A stretch of 63,868 nucleotides of DNA, counting the filler, from Perkinsus olseni (lineage: Eukaryota): assembly GCA_013115125.1 (NCBI GenBank). It is 6 parts of 6 records of this genome, joined end to end, with 100 filler letters (N's around TTAATTAATTAA, not from the genome) between each part and the next. Parts side by side here need not be neighbours in the genome. Positions count along the whole stretch, not along the records: positions 11,621 to 23,121 come from JABANN010000829.1; 5 more parts are not named here. One strand, 5' to 3'. The notes beneath the pieces were generated by a model. The model saw nothing but the letters and a program-made list of their open reading frames with translations, searched no databases and was not told where the DNA came from. Position numbers and translations under genes: made by a program. Positions within the stretch are counted from its first letter, which is position 1. Each line of letters begins with the position of its first letter. Below, in pieces: positions 11,621 to 23,221 of this stretch.

Positions 11621-14600
11621 GTAGACGCAGACTTGGTCGAAGTACTGCTGGTCACAGGGACAGTCGTAGACGCAGACTTGGTCGAAGTACTGCTGGTCGC
11701 AGGGACAGTCGTGCCACTACTAGTCGATGAAGCCACAGAGGTAGAAGACGCGCCGGTTGTGGTGAGTCTATGTCTCTTGGTGACAGTAGAAGCAGCAGTA
11801 CTTGTAGTCGGAGTACGCGAGCTTGTCATGGCGGTCGTCGTAGTCGTTGAAGTTGTCGTCATCAAAGTCTTTGTTGTGAAAGGCGACTGCGTCGTTGAAG
11901 TATCGTTACACGTACAAGGGATATCGGTCCCGGAACATACAGCCGGTATGACCCAGTATTTGCAGTAACTGCCGCTGTGCTGCGAGCAGCAGAACTTATC
12001 TCCGTCATGACAGTCAATCGGACCACAAGTAGGGCTTTTTGTGGTTGATCCGGTACTGCTTGTGGAAAGCATGGTCGTCGTGCTTTCCGTAGTAGCAGTT
12101 GTAGTTGTCGCGGTCGTCGTAGTTGGGGTAGTACTAGTTGTCATGGTCGTCGTAGTAGGGGTTGTAGTAGTTGTCGTGGTCGTCGTAGTAGGGGTAGTAC
12201 TAGTTGTCGTGGTCATCGTAGTTGGGGTAGTACTAGTTGTCGTGGTAGTCGTAGTAGGGGTAGTAGTAGTTGTCGTGGTAGTCGTAGTAGGGGTAGTAGT
12301 AGTTGTCGTGGTAGTCGTAGTAGGGGTAGTCGTGGTCGTTGTAGTAGGGGTAGTCGTGGTCGTTGTAGTAGGGGTAGTCGTGGTCGTCGTTGTGGTAGTC
12401 GTTGTAGTGGTAGTAGTAGTAGTAGTAGTAGTAGTGGTCGTCGTTGTGGTAGTCGTTGTAGTGGTGCAACCAGGGCAGGGGAGGAACCTATTGGCCCATC
12501 TCACGAATCTCTCACTCCCGAAATCATAAATGATAAGAAGGCCTTGATGATTCATCCTCAGGGCACCCGAACCAGCATTGGTCAGCTGATTGGAGGCATG
12601 GCCATTTCCACACCCGCCCGCAATAAGTAGTGGTTCGTTGCACAACTCCTCGATGCAGTGCTTGTAGACAGAGCCATCACCTTCTCTGTAGTAGATGTAG
12701 CCCTCAGTCACACTCGAGACTTCAAATCCGAAAAGTCCATGAGGTAGGAAATCCTCGTAAGCCCATCGACGCTTCGATTCACCAACAGGCCATCTCACCA
12801 CACGAGCATCATCACCAGTGCCTTGGAGAATATATAACTCGTTGTTGAAGTACTTCACACCTTGTGGACCATCAAGATGAGTCTCATCGTTGATAGCCTG
12901 ACCATCGGAGTTACCAGCAACACTGGTCCGCTGGTAGCCAGAAGCGTCTAGGTTGAAACGATAGACCTGATTGGTCTTGAGGTCAGAAGCGTAAAAATAC
13001 GAAGAATCGTGATCAATAACGAGATCGGCCCATCGATAGTCACCGCTTGGTTTCTGAATAGTCTTGAACTCCCCTTCTAAGGGAGCCTTCGTATTCCCTG
13101 GGGCATCGTACAAGCGGATACCGTTCTCCACAATCGCGAGAACGTACCTCGAATGAGAGGAAGGGTCATCGAATGCGTCGATTGCAGTGGCAGTGGCCTC
13201 GAAGAGGACTTCTCGGTCGTCACCAGCCCAGTCCATCGACCACACCATATCTGTGTCGGTACCCAAGTCTTTACCAGCGATGTACCAGTTGTCACTGACG
13301 TCAAAAGCATAATCATAAAGATCGATTCCTTGAGGTGGGAGGAAATCATTTATCTCGATAGCTTCGTTGTCACGGCACCAGATAGAAGGAGGCATAGAGG
13401 TGGAACTGGCCGGAGTCGTCGTAGATGACGTGAATGGTGAGCCAGTCGTGGTTGGGCAATGAGAGCAGTCTAGCGAGACGTCGTCCCATTTTACGAACCG
13501 ATCGCCACTGAAATCCCAAATAATGAGATGGCCGCTTTGGGACATCCTCAAGGCGCCTGAACCACTGTTAGTGAGTTGGTTAGAAGCATGGCCAGCGCCA
13601 CAACCTCCAGCCAAAAGAGTCGGCTTCGAGCAAGTTTCTTCAATACAACGCTTGTAAACAGAACCGTCGCCTTCTCTGTAATAAATGAAGTCATCAGTGA
13701 ACTTGGAGACCTCAAAACCCAGACGGCCTTGGGGAGCGAAGTCCTCGTAGACTAGTCGGCGACTCGATTGACCAACATGCCATCTCACCACACGAGCGTC
13801 ATCACCGGAACCTTGGAGAATGTACAGCTCGTCGTTGTAGAAGTTCACGCCTTGCGGGCCTTCAAGATGAGTGGCGTCGTCCATTGCTTTGCCATCAGCA
13901 TTACCAGCTACACTGGTTCTCTCATAACCCGGTCTCACCAGATCGAAACGATAAACCTGATTGGTCTTGAGGTCGGAAGCATAAACGTGCGTAGAGTCGT
14001 GGTCTACGACCAGATCTGACCACTGGTAGTTGTTACTCTTAGGCTGGATCGTCGCGTAGACAGTCAACTCGGGAGGGTCAATGTTACCAGGCACACCATA
14101 TTTTCGGATCTCATTATTGACAATCGCCAGAACAAATCTTGACCCGGAGTAGGTGTCCTCGTACGCATCAATAGACGTTGCGGCCCCCTCGAGGACCATT
14201 CGACGATTCTTGCCTTGGTGATCCATCGTCCATACCATATCCTTGTTAGTAGCCAAGTCGGTCCCCGAGACGTACCAGTTGTTCTGGAAGTCGAAGGCAT
14301 AGTCAAAGAGAGTGATACCTTCAGGAGGTAGAAAGCCGTCACCCAGTGAGCTGTCACTGTAAGTATCAAGTGCTGGGGAAATTAGTCAAATCCTAGATCC
14401 GGCTGTAAGTCTGAGGTTTGCGCGTATCTCCGAGGTACTTCTGCTACGCTGTGGTTGACTCTTTATTCTGCGGTTAACTGCCTGATCCAAGGTGACGGTA
14501 CACACCTGAGCTTAACTGCAAAACCGTGGTGTCGCTTTAATCTGGTAACCCATGCTATTCTGAGGTTAAGAACGTCAAATCCTTTGCAATGATTCCTGCT

Positions 14601-16133
14601 CTTCAAGAACTTGCATTCGGTTTCCGGACCCTCTAGTCATATCCGTCAAACACTGCGAGCTCCTGTTCTGCATGGCTGATTGTGCAACTAAACCATCCTA
14701 TTCTCCATCTTTAAAATGATCTTAAAGGACCTGTGCTCACGTCTACTACGATCTATCTATTTGCAACTATTATCTACATATTTTTCCCTTGCTCTTGGTT
14801 GCTTTTATGATAAAAGATTCACCTGCATCCTAGTCCTTTTCGCTGAAATTTTACATTGCGCACGGCGTGCCATGTAACGTTCCTGAAAAAACAGACGCGG
14901 TTATTAACAGTCAAAACATGGCACACAATCATAGCAAGCCCGACTTATCACTCACGTTCTATGAGATGTATTTTGCAATGCAGAGTGCACAATCTGCGTG
15001 TCTATGAGAAAGCTGTATTGCGAGTGTATATCACTACTCGCATTCGACGTGTTGATCGATGTGGTCGATTCGTCACTGAGTGGCAGTCACTCGAACGACA
15101 TAGGATCCTGATACTCACGACGACTCGGCAGGGGCGTCGAAGGAGGCCTGATTTCACCGCCAGTAAGTCATCTCCAGCTGGCTAATTGTCGCGTCCGGTA
15201 AGTTGGGTTTAGTCTTGTGTTAACACTTCCACACCTCGATGACGAGCTAAGCCTATTGGAGGTGGAAGAGGACGACTCTCTTAGCGGCCGTGAAACGCGC
15301 CCTTAACAATGGACCCCATTCAACAGAGCCGAGCGTCCCGACGTGGACTGATAGTTATATGTGGGATAGCCCGACACGAGCGTCCCGTCCCGACACGTGA
15401 GAGTTGTGGGTAGCCGATTGTTTTGCCGGAAGCCTCGCTCCAAGTTTGAGCATAGGTGTGGCGCACCTCGGCCTGCGGTGTCTCTTAGCTTAAGGTCGAG
15501 TCTTCCCAGTGTTAACTCAAGGGCGTCATTGACTACGGAGTTAACCGTTAGGAAATGAGAGTGATACTAACTACGAATGGGGTTTCATCAAATAACTCAT
15601 ACTCATAATCCAATAATTTGGGAGTAATCCGCAGCTGCGGCACGCATACACATAGCTCAGTCCGCTATGTCACTGCGTGCAGAGAGTTGTTAACTGTTAG
15701 TTGATACTATCAACTGATAGAACGGTGGGCTCATGTCGTTTCTCGGTTTCAACAATGGTGAGTTTCGCTCAGTTCAATTGACGGGACTATGATCGCTCTG
15801 TGGCATTTCGGCACTCTTCGGAGACTCTGACTCAGGGGAAAAACACCACCTCAGAATAGAGAGTAACCTCGGAATACTCATCTGACAAACATTATTTAAG
15901 GGACACCTCGCACTACCGCCCATACCTCATTCCACCAGCTAGACCCCATCGTTACGCATTCACCTCACATTTTCGCACTCACCTCAGCTTTAAATGTTCT
16001 ACCCAAGTGCTGCATGTGTTTGACACCATGCAGACGATTCGGCGGCGACCTTCGAAGTACTCCTGACACTATCGGCGTTAGTAAACGTGATGAGAAGGCA
16101 AATTAGCGCGTAAAAGCTGACCTGCCACGACAT
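11621..16133 (-). CDS. Secreted mucin-like protein with two tandem NHL/beta-propeller domains, a Thr-rich stalk and a small Cys-rich domain; 3' end cut by the contig edge
   Basis: Exon 1 (16133-16003) is MSWQVSFYALICLLITFTNA...WCQTHAAL, with a signal peptide. It splices GT(16002)..AG(14351) in frame to exon 2 (SLGDGFLPPEG...). Two ~300-aa repeats share YASDLKTNQVYRF, VAGN.DG...HL.GPQG and AGGCG.GHASNQL. A poly-Thr/Pro tract and CGPIDC...CC...YCKYW...CTC follow. Confidence 0.85.
12075..12465 (-). repeat. Low-complexity ACN repeat encoding the poly-Thr/Pro mucin stalk
   Basis: (GTA/GTC/GTG/GTT)n on the + strand, with higher-order units of 21-33 bp. Confidence 0.95.
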
Positions 16134-17391
16134 AACGGCGAGAGAAAACAGAACAACCAAACTGACAGGAAATAGTGTACCACAAGGAGCCACTGGCCAA
16201 ACCTGCAGACTATAACAATGCTCGACCCACTGTAAATCCAACACTGGAAGTTCACAGAAGATAAAATCTCCAGCTCGGCTGCAGAACCTCACAGCGAAAA
16301 TGGGGACAGAAAATCCAAGGGAGCTACATATTTCTTTTCAGGATCCCCTTCGAGGATTCTCAAGGCACACAGGAATTCTGTCCCCCTCTTTGAGCTTAAG
16401 CTGCGGGAGGGGTTGTCTAGATCGACGAAAAGCAAGACTTGTTAGGGAGACAGAAATTGTGTGATCATTGCCCGTCATTCTTTCGGTGTTCACGAGGCCC
16501 ATGGCGGGAAGACGAGAATTCAGCGTCAGGCCCTTGTTACATAGAATTCGTTGTACCTGTCAATGTTAGCACACTCTGCATCTGAAATCACACTGCCCTG
16601 TTGATTGCAATGCGACTCCTCACGCGCAGATTTAGCTAGTAGCAGAAAACATGGACGTGAAGGCCGCGACCCAGCATTGCCTTGCATGTCACCGTTACAG
16701 AGACTCTCCAACTAAGCACATCGGCGAGAGTCTAGCTAAGTAGGAACCGTAAGCGTTGACTATAAACTCACACGCACCTCGTGAGCCAATCTTGGGTGCG
16801 TACGTGTGCATCCGCGAGATCCAGAGAGTCCCAATATTCGCGGCGGTTGCATGATGCAATGTCTGTCTTGACGATTGAGTCTCGACGTTTCACCTCCGCG
16901 GGAGGGGATCCAGAGATTTCGGAAAGACCGAAGCCTCTCTGAGTGATGAGAAGTTAGTGTTCTTCACGGACTAATAAGACTGACTTAACAAGTGATTTGT
17001 GAGTGAAAAGCATTCAATGTTCATAATCCAGAACTCTCGGATACCTAACCTCTAACCCAGCTGCGAGTTCTCACTGAGCTTCTCACAGCTTCCGTGGTCG
17101 CCTCCGGAGATGAGCTGCGGAGATGCACACGACCCATACTAGATTCGCTTACAGCCATTTTGTACCCCGAGAGATCTCACGGTGACACGATGGCTGAGTG
17201 CAGCTCCATACAGCCGAAGCTGGGAACGAATCGTTTCAAAGGCAATGCGCTTGTCAAATGCGAAACAACGAAGGGACCATCCGAGCTCATGATTAACCTA
17301 GGAACACAATACACAACTCTTTAGAATCGCCAAATAATCGGGGTATTTTCTGTAAATCAGAACTGCGATAATATAGGATTGCTAGAGAAGC

Positions 17392-18354
17392 TCACATCTT
17401 GATGACTACTTTGCCTCGGATTTTCCGACTGACAATAGCGTCAACAGCCTCCTTGCATCCTTCGGCGGTGAATGGGACCTCCTTGATCTGGATGTGCAGC
17501 TTCCCGGAGTTCACCATATCCGACAGGTCGTTGAGGTCTTTGGTGTTGCAGTCGACCAGAGCCAAGGAATAGTTGGGCCGTTGGACAGAGAAGGGGACCA
17601 AACGATCAACAAAGAATGCCATCCAGTCGTTCAAGTTTGTAGCATTCGTGCAGACATACATACCACCCTCCTTGAGAGTCCCACGGGCGGTGGGTTCATA
17701 GTTCATGTCTTGCATACTGGTGACACAGTCATAGACCATATCGACGATACCGGCTGGGCACTGGTCGTTGGGGAGCTGGAAGCCGTCCTTAGTGTAATCG
17801 AGGACCACATCAGCACCGAGGGACTTCACGTAATCAGCGTTCCTTCCGCCGCAGACGGCATAGACCTTCGCACCGCGGGCCTTGGCGATCTGTACGGCAC
17901 TCGCTCCGGTACCACCGCTGGCACCGATGATGAGGACACTCTTGCCAGGCGATAGAATGCCGTAGTCCCGCAAGGCTTGATAACCCACGAGAGTGGCGAC
18001 CGGCAAGGAGGCGGCGACGACGGGTGACATGCCCTTCGGAATGCGGGCAATACGAGACACATCAGCCACGGTATACTCACAGAAGGAGCCTTGGCGAGCT
18101 ACGCCGTAGACCAGATCACCCTTCTTGTACTCACCGGAACCAATGGTCACTTCTCCTGCGAAGTCAAAGCCGACAGGCCGACCAGGGCAGTCCTTCTGGA
18201 CAATCGGTATGACAGGTAGGGCCAGATCAATGGGATTAATGCTAGCAGCCAGGACTTTCACTTGAACCTGGTCGGCTGCTGGGGTCGGGAGCGCAAGCTC
18301 CTCTGTAGACCATTTGATCTCGCTTTTCTCGAGAGTATAGATGCAAGCTTTCAT
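17392..18354 (-). CDS. MDR-family NAD(P)H quinone oxidoreductase-like protein (RTN4IP1/ceQORH-like), copy 1, 320 aa
   Basis: Motifs VKVLAASINPID, GFDFAGEV, the Rossmann VLIIGASGGTG, KSLGADVVLDY and C-terminal RGKVVI. No catalytic Zn cysteines. Intronless; ATG at 18354. Confidence 0.93.
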   Translation of the reverse strand: MKACIYTLEKSEIKWSTEELALPTPAADQVQVKVLAASINPIDLALPVIPIVQKDCPGRPVGFDFAGEVTIGSGEYKKGDLVYGVARQGSFCEYTVADVSRIARIPKGMSPVVAASLPVATLVGYQALRDYGILSPGKSVLIIGASGGTGASAVQIAKARGAKVYAVCGGRNADYVKSLGADVVLDYTKDGFQLPNDQCPAGIVDMVYDCVTSMQDMNYEPTARGTLKEGGMYVCTNATNLNDWMAFFVDRLVPFSVQRPNYSLALVDCNTKDLNDLSDMVNSGKLHIQIKEVPFTAEGCKEAVDAIVSRKIRGKVVIKM

Positions 18355-19066
18355 GAAGGAAAGTGTCACTGATGGCAGTTACATGCGAGCGATACATATC
18401 ATTAACGCGGTCTCTCGCTCATCGTAGTAGAACTACAGAAAAGAAGACGGTCGGCTCCGAACTATTTCCTTTTGGATCGTTCCCGCTAGGAATGCGCAAA
18501 CCATAGCTGATTGTGTCGGGGACACCTCATTCCATTGCGCTAGCCCTCAGGAATCGTCCCTGTCCCTAAAATTCTGATGGAATGACAAGGCTGGTCTCAT
18601 GGTGCATAGGAAATACTCGAACAGGCTGGGTCGATCCTGTACCACTAATGTCATGCAGACCGCCAGCTCCTGTTGCCCGTGATAGAACTCGAGACAGATG
18701 CCGTTGCGAAGTACTTTAAAATCGCAGGCCAGGGAGTCCCTATTAGGGACAGGGAAATCCGACCACGAGGCCTGACGCAGCCGCCGCCTCCAACGAGGCT
18801 TGAGCATCAGCAATGGCAAGGTTGGGATGCTTCGGCAATAACACGAGAGAACAAAACACCGTGAGAGACTAGTCCCCCACCGAGAACTCAGAACTTACTG
18901 CAATGCGTCAGGGTATCTGCACCAGTCGAGGTCTTCTCCAGCCGCTACATCCCTAAACCTCTGCAGAGAGCGACTCTCCTGGTGGATTCTGTGGGGCAAC
19001 GAGACTGGCCCCCTGAAACGAGGCGGCTAACGCTGGCCGAGGAGCTACCCGGGCAGTATGATCGAA

Positions 19067-19088
19067 CTCAGCCTGGCTGAGTCAGCCA
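19067..19088. mobile_element. Exact hAT-type hairpin excision footprint, T=CTCAGCCA
   Basis: ctcagcc-tggctgag-tcagcca = T(1-7)+rc(T)+T(2-8). Confidence 0.8.
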
Positions 19089-19919
19089 GTGTGTACTCGG
19101 GTAGTGGAAACCCTAGTGCCCGGCCATGAACTATGTCTCATTCTCGATAGTATCTGCCATTGGTGAGCAAAAAAAGAGGAAATATAGTGGATTTCAACTA
19201 CGCTTTCGCCCTTGACTCAACGCTGATACAACCGGCGTCAGCGACACGCGATCGGCGATCGCTATATAGGGGAAACCGGAGAAGAGGGCGGGCGTATGAC
19301 GGCGAAATTGGTCGTCATCGCTGATAACAAGGTGGAGCGCCCCTTCAATAGATGACACCCCCTCGACTGCTCGCTACAGGTTCGCTCAACTACAAGCTCC
19401 TAAATACCACATATCGCGCAGATTGAAACAGGGCTATAGTGGGGTGTCGTAAGCAGTATGGGTCAGAACAAATTCTGGAAATGGAGCGAATGATCACTGA
19501 TATGTCACGCACGAATCTTATGCTATACCTCCGATCGTTTAAGGCAGGGACGGCGTAGAAGGCGAAGCGCTCACCACATCATACTTGTAAGGCAAGCCAT
19601 ACTTGCCTAGGTGCCTTGGTGCGGCGGAATTCAGAAGACCAGCCTGCGCGAGAAGGCAGCTTGTTCATCAGCTTTCTCAGATCTATTCAAGACCTGTCGG
19701 GCCCATAGTCAAGGCAATCGGGACAACTGGAAAGCAATTGCAACTCAGAACGAGCTCTGAAGATAACACATGCATGACGCTAGAGACACAGCATGCACAT
19801 GCTCAAGACTGGAATAATCGAGCGGGGTCCGACGTATTGAATCCTATCGCATCATCAATCAGGAATCTTCATAACCAACGAGACCAATGAAGCTCAACCC
19901 CTCGGAAGTGAGGATGGGC

Positions 19920-20009
19920 CTCATATTGACCTGTTTCGTATCTCACTAGGCTCGACCTATGATGCTCATATCGACCTGTTTCGTATCCCACTATCTTCGA
20001 TCTATGATA
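19920..20009. repeat. Two-copy ~45-bp tandem repeat
   Basis: ctcatatYgacctgtttcgtatcYcacta...cgaYctatgat occurs twice. Confidence 0.85.
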
Positions 20010-20507
20010 CTAGGTCGGCCGGTTCGATGGCATTTGGGCATCACTACTCCCTTCGGCTTGCACCACTCAGGGTCATTGCTTATTTGCAGTGCGCTTAGAT
20101 GTATCCTCTGACCACCTGGTGATCACCACCATACCTATACCAGTGGATCAGCAACAACAATGGCTCCCGGAGGAGCAGGAGCACGCCCAACGGCACATAG
20201 GAGCGTCGCAGGGTTCCCACCTCGTCCGCCCGACCAGGAGACCAGTTATGTCACATGGTTGACAGAAGCTATCCTGCGGGAAGTCCCTTTTTTCAGCCCC
20301 GATAATGCAGCGAAATTGAATACTCTACCAACTGGCCTCTTCGACGCCCAGGGAGTGGCCAGAAGGCAAATTTCTGCTGTGCAAGAACATCAATCACTAC
20401 ACGTGCTTGACAGCGCAGAGAAAACACTAGACTAAAGAACCGGCAAGGCGATCGAGTGCGTCGCAGTGTCTTAGGTAGCCCCTTTCGCGATTGCATAATA
20501 ACGCTCT

Positions 20508-20529
20508 ACCAGTCCGACTGGTCCAGTCG
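20508..20529. mobile_element. Exact hAT-type hairpin excision footprint, T=ACCAGTCG
   Basis: accagtc-cgactggt-ccagtcg. Confidence 0.8.
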
Positions 20530-20865
20530 CTTCTTTTCTTCATTTAATTTTTTGTTTTCGTTCTTTGGAGGCTTTGCTGACGTTTGACTCGCTCCGATAC
20601 CGCCTCAAAGGAAGCTAACAAGTTTATCTCGAGAACATCTATATTCTTGCAATCGTTTCCAAGTTCTACCACCACCAAAGTGTTGGAGATGATGTCGGCT
20701 TGCGCTGACAACGAAGCGACTGCGTTAGTGATCACCCAAACCGATTAGACTAGCTTCGGAACACGATAAACAAGCCTGGAGGATCGGAAAATAATCGGAG
20801 TATGTTGGAAACTAAAAGCGCCATTATGTCGGCTTGGTGGAGTAGTTCAATGATCGAGCGGTAGC

Positions 20866-21828
20866 TCACATCTTGATGACTACTTTGCCTCGGATTTTCC
20901 GACTGACAATAGCGTCAACAGCCTCCTTGCATCCTTCGGCGGTGAATGGGACCTCCTTGATCTGGATGTGCAGCTTCCCGGAGTTCACCATATCCGACAG
21001 GTCGTTGAGGTCTTTGGTGTTGCAGTCGACCAGAGCCAAGGAATAGTTGGGCCGTTGGACAGAGAAGGGGACCAAACGATCAACAAAAAATGCCATCCAG
21101 TCGTTCAAGTTAGTAGCATTTGTGCAGACATACATACCCCCCTCCTTGAGAGTCCCACGGGCGGTGGGTTCATAGTTCATGTCTTGCATACTAGTAACAC
21201 AGTCATAGACCATATCGACGGTACCATCTGGGCACTGGTCGTTGGGGAGCTGGAAGCCGTCCTTAGTGTAATCGAGGACCACATCGGCACCGAGGGACTT
21301 AACGTAATCAGCGTTCCTTCCGCTGCAGACGGCATAGACTTTCGCACCGCTGGCCTTGGCGATCTGTACGGCACTTGCTCCGGTACCACCGCTGGCACCG
21401 ATGATGAGGACACTCTTGCCAGGCGATAGAATGCCGTAGTCCCGCAAGGCTTGATAACCCACGAGAGTGGCGACCGGCAAGGAGGCGGCGACGACGGGTG
21501 ACATGCCCTTCGGAATGCGGGCAATACGAGACACATCAGCCACGGTATACTCACAGAAGGAGCCTTGGCGAGCTACGCCGTAGACCAGATCACCCTTCTT
21601 GTACTCACCGGAACCAATGGTCACTTCGCCTGCGAAGTCGAAGCCGATGGGCCGACCAGGGCAGTCCTTCTGGACAATCGGTATAACAGGCAGGGCCAGA
21701 TCAATGGGATTAATGCTAGCAGCCAGGACTTTCACTTGAACTTGGTCGGCTGCTGGGGTAGGGAGCGCAAGCTCCTCTGTGGACCACTTCACCTCGCTTT
21801 TCTCGGGAGTATAGATGCAAGCTTTCAT
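20866..21828 (-). CDS. MDR-family oxidoreductase, copy 2, 320 aa
   Basis: Near-identical to 17392-18354, with the same 963-bp length and only a handful of amino-acid differences. Confidence 0.93.
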   Translation of the reverse strand: MKACIYTPEKSEVKWSTEELALPTPAADQVQVKVLAASINPIDLALPVIPIVQKDCPGRPIGFDFAGEVTIGSGEYKKGDLVYGVARQGSFCEYTVADVSRIARIPKGMSPVVAASLPVATLVGYQALRDYGILSPGKSVLIIGASGGTGASAVQIAKASGAKVYAVCSGRNADYVKSLGADVVLDYTKDGFQLPNDQCPDGTVDMVYDCVTSMQDMNYEPTARGTLKEGGMYVCTNATNLNDWMAFFVDRLVPFSVQRPNYSLALVDCNTKDLNDLSDMVNSGKLHIQIKEVPFTAEGCKEAVDAIVSRKIRGKVVIKM

Positions 21829-23121
21829 AGTAGAAGCACTGATAACTACATGAAAGGGAGATGACAGATGAAAGAACCTAAGAACCAATCGTAATACCAC
21901 CGAAAACCTCGAGCGCTTGCAGGATGGAAAGGCTGCCTCGTAGCCCCCTTAGCGTTCCTGGTGGGAAAGAGCGGAGCGAAGCTAACTTCGTTGGGGACAC
22001 GTCACCCCATCCGTGCTAGAAGCCGATGGTCTTCGCTTTTCATGGGCGCGGTCGGCAGGCGATGGAGCTCATTGGAGCGATACTTCTGACGATATTGCCG
22101 TAGATCCCGTCAATCAGAGTCCTGTGGGACCGGAGACGGGTGAGTGCCATAGCGGTATGTGTCATGAGAGTGCGATATTATACGCTGGGGACTCGAGATG
22201 ATTCGGTGACGTGTCGTCCGTGTGCTGCTGTATGCCAGGCCAGCGTTCTATTCTTCCATCCTGCAAAGCAACGCATCGTGTGAAACTCCCTCGGAGTACC
22301 CGTGCAGGGGCAGAATGATGGAGTCCAAATCCATCGCCTTAGGCGATTTGTGATTATTGGTTATAATCGCAGAAGTCCATTAACCATCTCCCTTTGAGCT
22401 CTGTTGACCTCACTATGAAACCATACAGGAGTAACTGTCGTCAACCTCGGATCTTGAATCAACACGACTACATTGACAGTACTCATGTCGACTGTGCTAC
22501 AGTGTCACTGCTTCGATCTTTCCTCCTTATCCGAGTGTCAGTCCATCGTTCGAATCTCTCGATCGTGGACAGTTCATCTCCATGCTTTTCATGGCCTCCC
22601 CAGCGGCGTTTTTCTATCAAAACGCGGGAGCTGAGATGGTGATAGAGGGTTAGTGAGGTCCCGGAATCTTTCGCGGTGCGATCGAGTCTACTATGACTTC
22701 CGCTGACGAGATCGTGCTCGACCGTTCACGTGATGGGCAGACTCTGTCCTTGCCGGCTTCGACTAAACGTGTCCAAGCTTTCACCCCTGAATCTCATTTT
22801 CATTTATCAATCGAAGTTGGCGCGAACAGCTCGAGTTTCTAGCGTTGTTATCAAGTCTGCAAATTTGATTCTCTTCAGGACGCCTAGTGTATCGATTTCC
22901 GTGTACATGCAATTGAAAGCTACTTGCCGTGATCATCTCATCCATCCAGTATTCGTCTCGGTTGAGCAAAGATGATGATGATCATTCCTTATTTGAGGCC
23001 TGCCGCTAAAATGACTTCCTTATCCGCCAATTGTATCCCACCATCTCGACCCTATCCGCCAATTTGCTGATGTCTCAACAACAACAACAACTCGCTAATG
23101 TGATGATATCATCCTCGACCC

Positions 23122-23221
23122 NNNNNNNNNNNNNNNNNNNNNNNNNNNNNNNNNNNNNNNNNNNNTTAATTAATTAANNNNNNNNNNNNNNNNNNNNNNN
23201 NNNNNNNNNNNNNNNNNNNNN
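23122..23221. other. Artificial contig linker
   Basis: N44-TTAATTAATTAA-N44. Confidence 0.98.

Noticed and set aside
12041-12529. Poly-Val ORF (+) and Tyr/Asp/His ORF (-)
   Set aside because: Alternative frames of the Thr-codon repeat.
16302-16385. GGGGACAGAA...TTCTGTCCCC inverted repeat; also TCCCTGTCCCTAA/TTAGGGACAGGGA at ~18557-18755
   Set aside because: No TSD could be identified, so there is too little evidence to call these elements.
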